From contig CAVSGO010000007.1 of NCBI GenBank assembly GCA_963727525.1, positions 1,568,001 through 1,632,000 on the forward strand: a stretch of DNA of 64,000 nucleotides. Reading direction: 5' to 3'. Shown here piece by piece: positions 1 to 9,185 of this stretch; the stretch's first letter is position 1, and every line of letters starts with the position of its first letter. A program made the translations under genes and the position numbers. The DNA is from an uncultured bacterium. GTDB taxonomy: Bacteria; Krumholzibacteriota; Krumholzibacteriia; LZORAL124-64-63. The notes beneath the pieces are model-generated. The model was not told the DNA's origin. It saw only the letters and a program-made list of their open reading frames with translations, and searched no databases.

Positions 1-119
1 TCCTGGCCGAGGGCAAGTGCGTGCAAACCCTTGATCTCGAGGTAGATCTTCTCACCCGGTTGCAGCTTCACGCTGTAGCTGATGAGTTGCTCGGCAAGCT
101 GGCGATCGCGCGGATCCAT
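1..119 (-). CDS. Aminopeptidase, M29 (AmpS/PepS) family; 5' fragment running off the window edge
   Basis: Manual translation MDPRDRQLAEQLISYSVKLQPGEKIYLEIKG matches the typical M29 N-terminus (DPR..LA..L..YS..LQPGE). GGAGG lies 4 nt before the ATG at 119. Confidence 0.75.
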   Translation of the reverse strand, partial: MDPRDRQLAEQLISYSVKLQPGEKIYLEIKGLHALALGQ

Positions 120-313
120 GCGTCCTCCCGGGGCTCCCACTCGTGTTTCGAGGTCATGGTGGCGCATTCTAGCGGTTCCGCCACCTCAGAGCAATGACGG
201 GTTGGGAACCCGCGGCGACGGCGCTTGCCGGGCGCCGCTTCGGCGCGTTACTTGGACGCTGTGGTATCTGGACCTGGCGGCGGCGTTGCGCTCGCCGCGG
301 AAATGAGGGGATC

Positions 314-781
314 ATGGACGACAGCGTGCACACCGACCCGGGCCTACCCGCCGGAACGGCTGGATTCGTGGACCACATCGGGATCGCAGTGGCCGATCTC
401 GAGGCCGGCATCGCGCTCTACCGCGATCTCCTGGGACTCGAACTGGAAAGCGTGGAAGAGGTGCCCAGCGAGAAGATCCGCGTGGCCATGCTCCGGCTCG
501 ACCGCTCCGGAGGCCACGGTCACGTGGAACTCCTGGCACCGATGAGCGACGACAGCAACATCGGACGCTACATCGCGAAGAAGGGCCCGGGACTGCACCA
601 CATCGCCTTCGCCGCGCGCGACGCACAGGTGGTCATGCAGCGCTGCCGCGAGGCCGGCCTGCAGCTCCTGGACGAGGCGCCGCGGCCGGGCGCCGGCGGC
701 AAGCGAGTCGCGTTCCTGCATCCGCGCAGCGGCGGCGGGGTCCTGATCGAGATCTGCGAGGACCCCGCGCAGCGCGATTAA
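314..781 (+). CDS. mce: Methylmalonyl-CoA epimerase (VOC family)
   Basis: Motifs DHIGIAVADL, VELLAP, GPGLHHIAF, FLHPRSGGGVLIE. GAGGGG precedes the ATG at 314. Confidence 0.85.
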   Translation: MDDSVHTDPGLPAGTAGFVDHIGIAVADLEAGIALYRDLLGLELESVEEVPSEKIRVAMLRLDRSGGHGHVELLAPMSDDSNIGRYIAKKGPGLHHIAFAARDAQVVMQRCREAGLQLLDEAPRPGAGGKRVAFLHPRSGGGVLIEICEDPAQRD

Positions 782-797
782 TGCGGGCCGAGCAACG

Positions 798-1472
798 TCA
801 ATGCAGCGGCTCGTGGTACACGCCTTCCTTGCGCCACGGCTTGGTGCCGTGCAGCGGCGTCGTGTCCGGGGCCGTGGGCCAGTTCAGGTAGGCGCGGGCA
901 CAGCCGGTCCCGAAGATACTGTCCATCTGGCGCGCGGTGACGGTGCCGGTATAGAGCCCGTAGATACCGCTACCCACGCACGCAGGCAACGTCTCGCAGC
1001 TCTTCAGAGCCGTCGGATCGAGCGTGAAGGTCACCTTCTCGGGGGGCGTGACGAAGACAATCTGCCAGTGCACGAGCGCGGCCCGGCCGTGATCCAGCGG
1101 CTGGCCGGGATCGATTCCCACCACGCAGGCCCCCAGTTCGGAGCCGATATTGAAGTGCGCGAAGGGAAAATCCTGCTTCGTGATATTCCCCTTGGCACCC
1201 TCGATCACCAGCTTCAGTTCGAAGCCACCGATCCCCAGGAACGCCTCGCCATCACGCACCATGGGCTCGACGCCGTCGAGGTAGGCCCAGAGGTCGACCA
1301 CCGTGACGCCGCCCGCGCCGGGTGCCACCTTGGCCACCGACGTGAGGGAGTCGGCCGGCGTGAACGACAGCCGCACCACACCGTTCTCCCCGCCAAAGAC
1401 CGACGCCGCGGCCGGCGCCGCCAGCGCGGCGGCCAGGCTCACGATGCCCGCCAGCAACCAGAATCGTGCCAT
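798..1472 (-). CDS. Secreted hypothetical protein (beta-rich, possibly cohesin-like fold)
   Basis: Signal peptide MARFWLLAGIVSLAAALAAPAAA; alternating beta-strand pattern; 4 Cys; GGGGAAGGA upstream. Confidence 0.6.
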   Translation of the reverse strand: MARFWLLAGIVSLAAALAAPAAASVFGGENGVVRLSFTPADSLTSVAKVAPGAGGVTVVDLWAYLDGVEPMVRDGEAFLGIGGFELKLVIEGAKGNITKQDFPFAHFNIGSELGACVVGIDPGQPLDHGRAALVHWQIVFVTPPEKVTFTLDPTALKSCETLPACVGSGIYGLYTGTVTARQMDSIFGTGCARAYLNWPTAPDTTPLHGTKPWRKEGVYHEPLH

Positions 1473-1525
1473 CTCGTGTCCTTCCCCTGTGGATCCAAAC
1501 CCGTCGAGTCTTCCGCCCGGCAGAC

Positions 1526-2338
1526 CTAGCTGCCGGTGCTCGCATAGCGCCGCAGCCCGCGGCACCAGATCGTGTAGGCCAGTCCGAAGACCGCCAGTCC
1601 CACTGCCGGGGTCACGAACGCCAAACGCCGGAATTCCGGTGCGCCCACGAACCAGGCCGCGGGATAGAAGGCGACCCAGGCGAATGGTAGCACGAATATC
1701 AAGAGAATCTGCACCCACCGACTGTAGATCGTCAACGGGTAGCGACTGAACCTGATCACATTGTACACCGGCGGCGCCAATCCGAGCCGATCTTCTTGCC
1801 AGAACGACACGCAGGTGAGGCCGAGGAACACACCCACGTAGACCAGCGTGGCGGACGGTACGAGGAGGAGCAGGGCCACCACGTCGAGAGGCGTCCAGGC
1901 CAGGGAAAGCCGCGTGCTACTGTAGACCATGATCCCCACGCCCAGGACGATCTCGTTCAGCCCCGACACGTTGAAAGACTCGAAGAGCACCTGCGCCAGC
2001 GGGTTCACGGGGCGCAGGAGCACGCGGTCGAGATTGCCGTCGGCAATGTAGCGCTCGGCAAAACCGTAGATGTTGATGCTCACCAGGTTGAAGAGTCCCA
2101 GCGGCAGCATGCTGAATCCGTAGATGAAGAGCACCTGCTCGTAGCTCCAGCCGGCCAGGGCCTGCACCTTCGCGAAGAGGACCGTGAGCACCGAGAGTTG
2201 CACGCCGATCGCGAAGACGTTGGCGAAGAGGTCGACGATGAAGTCCGCACGATAGGCCAGGCGCATCTTCAGGAACTGGGCGAAGTAGGCGAGAAAGATG
2301 CCGCCCTGGCGTCGCATGCGGGTGGGTAGCGCACTCAC
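1526..2338 (-). CDS. ABC-2 type transporter permease (DUF990-like)
   Basis: YRADF, GWSYEQVLFIYG, GNLDRVLLRPVNPL, RYPLTIY, RRYASTGS; multiple TM segments. Confidence 0.85.
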   Translation of the reverse strand: MSALPTRMRRQGGIFLAYFAQFLKMRLAYRADFIVDLFANVFAIGVQLSVLTVLFAKVQALAGWSYEQVLFIYGFSMLPLGLFNLVSINIYGFAERYIADGNLDRVLLRPVNPLAQVLFESFNVSGLNEIVLGVGIMVYSSTRLSLAWTPLDVVALLLLVPSATLVYVGVFLGLTCVSFWQEDRLGLAPPVYNVIRFSRYPLTIYSRWVQILLIFVLPFAWVAFYPAAWFVGAPEFRRLAFVTPAVGLAVFGLAYTIWCRGLRRYASTGS

Positions 2339-2339
2339 G

Positions 2340-3239
2340 TCAGCCTCCCTGCAGGGTGACGTGCCGCACCGCGCGCGCCCACACCCCGCGCCCGAGCATG
2401 AAGAGCCCGGCCGCCCATGCCGCTTGCAGCAGCAGCGCTCCCGCCAGGGCCTGCCCACTGTAGTGCCCGAGGTAGATCGTCACCGGCACGTAGCTGATGC
2501 CCTGGAATGGCAGGAAACGCACACCCATCTGCACCCAGTGCGGAAAGAAGCTGAACGGCACCATCACACCCGAGAGGAAGTCGAGACTCACGGACTTGGC
2601 GCGCAGCACGCCGTTGATGTTCTTGAGGCTGAAGGCGAGGCAACCCACCAGGAAATTTACCTGGCAGTTGATACCCAGCGCGAGCACGAAACTCAGCAGG
2701 GTCCAGCCGTAGAGGCCGGCCCGCGGCGGCCGTCCCAGGTCGAACAGCGGCACCACGACGACCAGGATCGGCAGCGTGAACATCAGCAGGCGAAACACCG
2801 CCTCGCCGACGGCCTCGAACATCATCACCGTCTGCACGTGGAACGGTTTGATGAGCTGCACCGCGATCTCGCCCTGCTCCACCTGGTGCGCGAGGGTGCG
2901 GTCGATGTTGTTGAACGTGAAGCTGCGCCCCACCCAGGACAGGGACACGTAGGTGATCATCTGGGCGAGCGTGAGCCCGCCGATGGTTCCCGCATCGGGA
3001 CCGGACTGATTGGCGAAGAGCGCGCGGTAAAGGTAGAAGTTGCCGGCGACGAAGATCGTGTAGGTGATCACACCCGTGTAGTAGCGCAGGCGATACGCGA
3101 GGAACTTGAGGAAAGCGAGGCGAATGAAGCTCACGTAGAGGCGCGCGGTCGCCGCCACGCCTCGATGCCATGGCACGAGCGCCGCAACCGGCGCCCCCAG
3201 GGCAACCGGTTCCAGCCCTTCGAGACGCCGCTCAGCCAT
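2340..3239 (-). CDS. ABC-2 type transporter permease (DUF990-like)
   Basis: LAYR, GEIAVQLIKP, LSGVMVPFSFFP, LPFQGISYVP, C-terminal TLQGG. Confidence 0.85.
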   Translation of the reverse strand: MAERRLEGLEPVALGAPVAALVPWHRGVAATARLYVSFIRLAFLKFLAYRLRYYTGVITYTIFVAGNFYLYRALFANQSGPDAGTIGGLTLAQMITYVSLSWVGRSFTFNNIDRTLAHQVEQGEIAVQLIKPFHVQTVMMFEAVGEAVFRLLMFTLPILVVVVPLFDLGRPPRAGLYGWTLLSFVLALGINCQVNFLVGCLAFSLKNINGVLRAKSVSLDFLSGVMVPFSFFPHWVQMGVRFLPFQGISYVPVTIYLGHYSGQALAGALLLQAAWAAGLFMLGRGVWARAVRHVTLQGG

Positions 3240-4323
3240 GTTCCGCCTCGGTGGCCGCCGCGGTGTCGAGCGTGGGCGCCCGCCCGGCGCGATAGATCTG
3301 TCGCACGACCTCCTCGATATCGGGCTCGCGGATGGCGAGGTCCTGCACGCGATGGGAGGCGACGACACGCTGGATGATGTCGGCTGCCGTCACCTCGAGG
3401 CGACTGAACTCCGCCGTGTGCTCGCGACCGGTACCCTCCGCCCATGTGACCGGCAACGGATCGGTGAGGCGCGCCAGCTCGGTCGCGTCGAGAGGGTCGC
3501 GCAGATCCACACGCACGCGCATGCGATGCCCCAGGTGGTGCCGCATGGATTCCAGCTCGCCGTCGTAGAGCACCTTGCCATGGTCGATGATGATGATGCG
3601 CCGGCAGAGCTGCTGGATGTCGCCCAGGTCATGTGTCGTCAGGATGATGGTGGTGCCCAGGTCGTCGCGTGCCGCGCGCAGGAAACCGCGCACATTCTCC
3701 TTGGCCACCACGTCGAGCCCGATCGTCGGCTCGTCGAGGAAGAGCACGCGCGGCTCGTGCAACAAGGCAGCCGCCAGGTCGCAGCGCATGCGCTCACCCA
3801 GGGAGAGCTTGCGCACCGGCTGGTGGAGCAGACGGCCGATGTCCAGCAACTCGTCGAAGTAGGCGAGCCGCCGCGCGTACACGTCGTCGGGCACCTCGTA
3901 GATGCGTTTCAGCAGCCGCAGCGACTCGACCACCGCCAGATCCCACCAGAGCTGCGTGCGCTGCCCGAACACGACGCCGATGTGGCGCGTGTAGGCCACG
4001 CGCTGGCGATACGGCACGAGCCCGCCCACATGCACCTCGCCGCTGGTGGGCGTGAGGATGCCGGTGAGCACCTTGATGGTCGTCGACTTGCCGGCGCCGT
4101 TGGCACCGATGTACCCCACCATCTCGCCGGCCTGGATGGAGAAGCTCACGTCGTTCACGGCGCGCAGGGTGGCCTTGCGCGGACGCACGAGGTCCACGAG
4201 TCCGCCGAACACACCCTCGCGCCGCCGGGTCTGCGCGTAGTCCTTGGTGAGGTGCGCGACGCGGATCAGGGGTTCCCCGTTCCGCGGTTTCTGGATCGCC
4301 GGTGCCTGATTCGGTGCGTTCAT
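3232..4323 (-). CDS. ABC transporter ATP-binding protein (DrrA-like)
   Basis: Walker A GANGAGKST, signature LSLGERMR, Walker B LFLDEPTIGLD, H-loop TTHD. Confidence 0.92.
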   Translation of the reverse strand: MNAPNQAPAIQKPRNGEPLIRVAHLTKDYAQTRRREGVFGGLVDLVRPRKATLRAVNDVSFSIQAGEMVGYIGANGAGKSTTIKVLTGILTPTSGEVHVGGLVPYRQRVAYTRHIGVVFGQRTQLWWDLAVVESLRLLKRIYEVPDDVYARRLAYFDELLDIGRLLHQPVRKLSLGERMRCDLAAALLHEPRVLFLDEPTIGLDVVAKENVRGFLRAARDDLGTTIILTTHDLGDIQQLCRRIIIIDHGKVLYDGELESMRHHLGHRMRVRVDLRDPLDATELARLTDPLPVTWAEGTGREHTAEFSRLEVTAADIIQRVVASHRVQDLAIREPDIEEVVRQIYRAGRAPTLDTAAATEAEHG

Positions 4324-4358
4324 GGCTCTTGGTACCGGAATTCGCGGTCGGCCCGCGC

Positions 4359-4637
4359 TCAGAATGGTGTGTCGTCGTCGGCCGCGGATTCGACCGGAGC
4401 GCGGCTCAAGGTCTCGCGCGCGTCGTCCTGCAGGCGCGCCACGAGTTCGCGTACCTCGCCGTCGGTGCGCTCGAGTCGCTCGCGGCAGGCGCTCACCAGT
4501 TCCACGGCGCGCTTGACCTCGCCGGCCAGTTCGTCGATGTCGATCTCCTCGCTCTCGAGGCGGGCCACGATGGCCTCGACCTCGCCCACGGCCTCGCTAA
4601 AAGAGAGCTTGCTGACCGGGGTCTTCTTCTCCGCCAC
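4359..4637 (-). CDS. xseB: Exodeoxyribonuclease VII small subunit
   Basis: LSFSEAVGEVEAIVARLESEEIDIDEL...CRERL; follows xseA; AAGGAG before a GTG start. Confidence 0.88.
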   Translation of the reverse strand: MAEKKTPVSKLSFSEAVGEVEAIVARLESEEIDIDELAGEVKRAVELVSACRERLERTDGEVRELVARLQDDARETLSRAPVESAADDDTPF

Positions 4638-6078
4638 GTCGGGCTCCTTTGCCACGAGGGCGCGCTGTCGTCGCGGCCGTCGCGGAGTTGACAGTACTCG
4701 TGACCTCGCCATCGGCGAAGACGGTGCGCAGCCGGTCCCCTGCACCCAGACCGGCGGCCGATCGGAGGTGCCGGCCCGCGGCGTCGAGGGTCCAGGTGAA
4801 GCCCCGCGCGAGAAGGCGGCGGGGATCCAGGAGACGCAGTTTCTCATCAGCGTGCCCGAGGCGCTGTCCGGCTTGCCGGCAGCGCTCGCGGCCGAGGCGC
4901 TGCAGGTCGTGCACGAGACGCTCGAGGCGCTCGCGCCGCCGCGGCAGCGTGCGTGCCGATTCGCGCGCCAAACCCTCGGCAAGATAACGGGACCGCTGTC
5001 GCGCCGCCGCCAGACGCTGACGGGCCGCCTGGCTCGTCGCGGCCCCCGCTCCGTCGACCCGGCGTCGTGCGCCCTGCACGCGCCGCAGGACCCGCCCCTC
5101 GAGCGTGCCTGCGAGACCGCGCAGGTGCATGCCGGCGTCCCCGAGGCGGCGTTCGCTGAGCGCGGCCACGGCCGCGGCCGCAGCCGTCAGACGCGCGTCG
5201 GCGTCGCGCACGCGGTCCACGAGGAATTCGGCGGCCGCGGTGGGCGTCTTGCAACTCGTGTGCGCCACCAGATCGGTGAGGCTGCGATCGATCTCGTGGC
5301 CGATGCCCACCACCACCGGCCGCCGACAGCGCGCCACGGCCTCGCACAGGGCCTGCTGGTCGAACCACGAGAGATCGGCGCGCGAGCCGCCGCCGCGGGT
5401 GATCACGATCACGTCGAGATCGCGTCGGGCGAGCACGGCGAGGGCCTGTACGATCTGTGTCTCCATCTGCTCGCCCTGCATCCGGCAGTCCACGAGATCC
5501 ACCACGAAGCGATAGGCGGAACGTTCGAGTCCGGTGCGGAAATCGCGTTCCGCCGCGCTACCCGCCGAGGTGATCAGGCCGACACGGAGGGGCACCTCGG
5601 GCAGGAGCAACGCCCGGTTGCGCTCGAGCAATCCGGCGGCCTCGAGGGCGGCCAGCACCTGCCGGCGCCGCGCCTCGAGCTGGCCGAGGGTGAAGGCGGG
5701 GTCGACACCCACCACGCGCAGACTGACCTTGCCGAAGGGCGGGTAGAAATCGACCCGGCACAGCAGGCATACCTCGAGCTTGTCGCGGAGTTGAAACGTG
5801 GCGTCGCTGCCGTCGAGGTAGCGACCCAGCGCGTGGCGATCGCGATCCCAGCCGAGCAGGGCCGCGGGCATCTGGAAATCCGCGGCGCCGCCACCGCTGG
5901 TGTCGTGCAACTCGAAGTACACGTGCTTGCGCCGCGCCGCGTCCACGGGGAAGCGCTGCACCTCGCCACGGATCCACACCGGTTGCGGGAACGCGTTCTG
6001 CAGGGCGGTCTGGATGCTCTCGTTCAACTGGCGCACGCTGAGCACGCGTCGTTCATCGCCGCTTCGAGCCACGTTCAT
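4597..6078 (-). CDS. xseA: Exodeoxyribonuclease VII large subunit
   Basis: VLSVRQLN, VWIRGEV, HVYFEL, RGGGSRADL, GIGHEIDRS, TPTAAAE, LDPRRLLARGF. Confidence 0.93.
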   Translation of the reverse strand: MNVARSGDERRVLSVRQLNESIQTALQNAFPQPVWIRGEVQRFPVDAARRKHVYFELHDTSGGGAADFQMPAALLGWDRDRHALGRYLDGSDATFQLRDKLEVCLLCRVDFYPPFGKVSLRVVGVDPAFTLGQLEARRRQVLAALEAAGLLERNRALLLPEVPLRVGLITSAGSAAERDFRTGLERSAYRFVVDLVDCRMQGEQMETQIVQALAVLARRDLDVIVITRGGGSRADLSWFDQQALCEAVARCRRPVVVGIGHEIDRSLTDLVAHTSCKTPTAAAEFLVDRVRDADARLTAAAAAVAALSERRLGDAGMHLRGLAGTLEGRVLRRVQGARRRVDGAGAATSQAARQRLAAARQRSRYLAEGLARESARTLPRRRERLERLVHDLQRLGRERCRQAGQRLGHADEKLRLLDPRRLLARGFTWTLDAAGRHLRSAAGLGAGDRLRTVFADGEVTSTVNSATAATTARPRGKGARRGGEEDPGQQALF

Positions 6079-6121
6079 CTGCGACCTCTCCACCTTGGCG
6101 ACAGGCCACGCCCGCCGCGCG

Positions 6122-7480
6122 CTAGATCCGCACCCGCAGCCAGCGCCCTTGCTTGAACAGACGCGTCATGATCAGGGCATGCACGGCCACCCACAACACC
6201 AGGGCCAGCCAGGCGCCCACGAGGCCGCGATGCAACACGATCGCCGCCAGCCACGTCACCGGCAACATGACGCAGGCGCCCGTGAGCACGTCCACCAGCA
6301 TCACGGCGCGGGTGGCCCCCGCACCACGCTGCGCCCCGCCCAGCACCACGCCCACGGCCGCGAGCACCTGGACCGCCGCCGTCAGCCGCAGGATGGGGCG
6401 CCCCGCGGCGAGCAAGGCCGGGTCGGGTACGAAGACCCGCAGCAGCGTGTCGGGCGCCAGCAGGAATGGCAAGCCGAGCACGGCCATGAACACCACGCCG
6501 ATCGCCACCCCGCCCCAGCCGACCCGCACGGCGCCGCGGGGATCGCCCGCGCCGAGGCTCTGCCCCACCATGGTCTGCACGGCGATGCCGATACCGAAGG
6601 TGGGCATGAGCGAGAGCGCCGCGATGCGCATCACGATATTGGCGGCCGCGACGGGGACGGTGCCCAGTCGCCCCAGGATGACATAGAACGCGACGATGCC
6701 ACCCACCAGGCCCGCCGCCTGCAGCATGGGCGGCCAGCCCACCCGCAGAAGCAGCGCCATCATGCTCCGGCGGACATTGCCGTGCGCGAAGAAGCGGAAA
6801 CGGTGCCGCACGTGCGGACGCAGCGCATACACCGCGATCGCGCCGCCGGACAATACGGTGGCCAGGCCGCTGGCCAGCGCGGCGCCGGCCACGCCCATTT
6901 CCGGCGCGCCGAGATTGCCGAAGATGAAGATCCAGTTCAGCAGCACGTTGGCCAGATTCATGCCCACGCCGGTCACCATGCCGACGCGTGTCCAGCCGAT
7001 GCCGTCGAAGCAAGCGCGCACGAGGAAATACACGACGTACGGCACGAGCCCCGCATAGCGCCAGACCAGGTAGCTGGCGCCCATGGCGCGCACCGGCGCC
7101 TCATCGAGGACGAGGGAGAGCCACGTCTCCGGCGTGAGCATCGCCACGACCGAGACCACCGCGCCGACGCTGACGGCAGCCGCCAGGGCCGTGCCGAGCA
7201 CCTGGCCCACGTCCCCGTCGCGCCCCTCGCCCACGCGCCGCGCCGTGACGGCCTGCACCGCCACTTCGAGCGCCTTCATCGCGTTGGCGAGGATTCCGAA
7301 GATGAGCGTGGCCACACCCACGGCCGCCACGGCGCCGATGCTGATGCGCCCGACCATGATCGTGTCGACCAGGCCCATCAGCGTGTTGGCGAGCTGGGCG
7401 AGCACGACAGGCGCAGCCAGGCGGGCGATGCGCCCGAGCAGACGTCTCGTGGGTGCACGGCCGAGGCGCTCAGCGGGCAA
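6122..7480 (-). CDS. MATE family efflux transporter
   Basis: LVDTIMVGR, NVLLNWIFIFGNLGAPEMGVAGAALAS, VGQSLGAG; about 12 TM segments. Start uncertain (TTG overlapping the pepA stop). Confidence 0.88.
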   Translation of the reverse strand: MPAERLGRAPTRRLLGRIARLAAPVVLAQLANTLMGLVDTIMVGRISIGAVAAVGVATLIFGILANAMKALEVAVQAVTARRVGEGRDGDVGQVLGTALAAAVSVGAVVSVVAMLTPETWLSLVLDEAPVRAMGASYLVWRYAGLVPYVVYFLVRACFDGIGWTRVGMVTGVGMNLANVLLNWIFIFGNLGAPEMGVAGAALASGLATVLSGGAIAVYALRPHVRHRFRFFAHGNVRRSMMALLLRVGWPPMLQAAGLVGGIVAFYVILGRLGTVPVAAANIVMRIAALSLMPTFGIGIAVQTMVGQSLGAGDPRGAVRVGWGGVAIGVVFMAVLGLPFLLAPDTLLRVFVPDPALLAAGRPILRLTAAVQVLAAVGVVLGGAQRGAGATRAVMLVDVLTGACVMLPVTWLAAIVLHRGLVGAWLALVLWVAVHALIMTRLFKQGRWLRVRI

Positions 7481-8969
7481 GAATCTCGACCATGCGCGCC
7501 AGCAAGCGCGCGCCGAAGCCCGTGGCCCCCTTCGGCCCGAGCGGGCCGCCCTTTTCGGTCCAGGCGGTGCCGGCGATATCGACATGGGCCCACGCCAGGT
7601 CGTCGGGCACGAACACCGACAGGAACGCCGCGGCCGTGAGCGCCCCGCCGTCACGGCCGGCGATGTTCTTCAGGTCGGCCACGTTCGACTCCAGCTCCTG
7701 CCGGTGCGCATCGACCAGCGGCAGCGGCCACACGCGTTCGAACGTCTCGCCACCGGCCTGCTCGAGCATGGCCACCAGGGGACCGCTCGTGCCCATGAGC
7801 CCCGCGAACTCGTGCCCCAGGGCGACGACGCAGGCGCCGGTGAGCGTGGCCACGTCGACGACGTAGTCGGGCCGCCGCCGGCACACGTGGTGCAGCGCAT
7901 CGGCCAGGATGAGCCGGCCCTCGGCATCGGTGTTCAGGACCTCGACCGTCTTGCCGGAGGCCATCGTGAGCACGTCGGACGGCTTGATGGCGTTCCCGCC
8001 GGGCATGTTTTCGGCCGTGGGTACGGCGACGATCAGCCGCACCGGGATCTCGAGGCGCTGGACGATGAACGCAGCGCCGAGCACCGCGGCTGCACCGCCC
8101 ATGTCGCTCTTCATCACGTGCATCTTGGCGGCGGGCTTGATCGAGATGCCGCCCGAATCGAAGGTGACGCCCTTGCCCACCAGGGCGACGGTGGGCGCGC
8201 CGGCCGGCGCTCGGAGCGTCTCGAGCAGAATGAGCCTGGGTTCGTGGTGGCTACCCTGCCCCACCCCCAGCAGGCCGCCCATGTGCAGCTTGCGTAGCTG
8301 CGACACGCCGAGCACGGTGCAGCGCAGACCGGACGACCGCGCAATCGCGCGCGCCTCGACGGCGAGTTGCTCCGGCGTGAGGCGGTTGGGAGGCAGATTC
8401 ACGAGCGAGCGGGCGCGCAGACAGCCCGCCGCATAGATCTCGCCCTCGCGCATGCCGGCCCGCAACTCGGCGAGGTGCGCGCCAGTGCCGGTGACGAGCT
8501 TCCAGGCCACGGGCCCGGCGGGCGCGTCCCCGCGCGGATCCGCCGCGGGCGAGAGGGCCAGCTCTGCGCCCTCGACCCAGCAGCGGGCGAAGGTACAGGC
8601 ATCGAAGGGAACCGCTTCCACGTCGCAGGCCACGACGACGGACTTCGTCTTCATCGCGCGGGCTCGCTGGGCCGCGACACCGGCGAGGCGGCGCAGGCGA
8701 TCTAGCGACAGCTCGGCTGAAGGTCCGGCGCCGATGAGCAGCACCCATCCGGTGTCGACACCGGGACAGGGCAGGGCCAGATGGGATTCGGCCGCGCCGG
8801 TGAAACCGCCCGCGACGATGGTCCGTGCCAGGGCCGTCCCCCCGTGCCCACCGCCCGCGAGGGCCTTGACCCCGCGCAGATCGGGCCCATCGTCAGTCCC
8901 GGGTACGGTGATCACGAGCAGGTGACCGGTTGTCTTGACAGGATCACCCTTGCTGGCCGACCAGCGCAT
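7470..8969 (-). CDS. pepA: Leucyl aminopeptidase (M17)
   Basis: VGKGVTFDSGG, MKSDMGGAA, NTDAEGRLILAD, ATLTGA, HVDIAGT; GGAGAAGAGG upstream. Confidence 0.93.
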   Translation of the reverse strand: MRWSASKGDPVKTTGHLLVITVPGTDDGPDLRGVKALAGGGHGGTALARTIVAGGFTGAAESHLALPCPGVDTGWVLLIGAGPSAELSLDRLRRLAGVAAQRARAMKTKSVVVACDVEAVPFDACTFARCWVEGAELALSPAADPRGDAPAGPVAWKLVTGTGAHLAELRAGMREGEIYAAGCLRARSLVNLPPNRLTPEQLAVEARAIARSSGLRCTVLGVSQLRKLHMGGLLGVGQGSHHEPRLILLETLRAPAGAPTVALVGKGVTFDSGGISIKPAAKMHVMKSDMGGAAAVLGAAFIVQRLEIPVRLIVAVPTAENMPGGNAIKPSDVLTMASGKTVEVLNTDAEGRLILADALHHVCRRRPDYVVDVATLTGACVVALGHEFAGLMGTSGPLVAMLEQAGGETFERVWPLPLVDAHRQELESNVADLKNIAGRDGGALTAAAFLSVFVPDDLAWAHVDIAGTAWTEKGGPLGPKGATGFGARLLARMVEILAR

Positions 8970-9120
8970 GCCTCTTCTCCTCGGTTTCGCGTTCCCCGGG
9001 GGCCCCGAATCGCGTCAGTCGCCGGCAGAGCATGGCGGCCGGCGCGAGGAAATGCAAGCCCTGGTCCGTCACCACGTCCGTGGGTACTCCTTCAAGGGTG
9101 TCGTTCCCGAGTGCTCGTCC

Positions 9121-9149
9121 TTGAGACCTCGGGCACCACCCCGTACAAT
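9121..9149 (+). promoter_or_regulatory. Sigma70-type promoter of the DAACS symporter gene
   Basis: TTGAGA-N17-TACAAT, 36 nt before the GTG start. Confidence 0.65.
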
Positions 9150-9185
9150 GCTCGCGACACCGTCCCCTCGCCGCAGGAGCCACGC

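Noticed and set aside
798-850. C-terminus TKPWRKEGVYHEPLH as a fourth copy of the WGxVK tail
   Set aside because: It lacks the G, V and K positions and the register to the stop codon does not match.
3238-6156. 972-aa plus-strand ORF, and similar long ORFs at 27708-29906, 33157-35415 and 58260-60104
   Set aside because: Antisense shadows of well-supported genes. Stop codons are scarce in high-GC DNA and these ORFs show no recognisable motifs.
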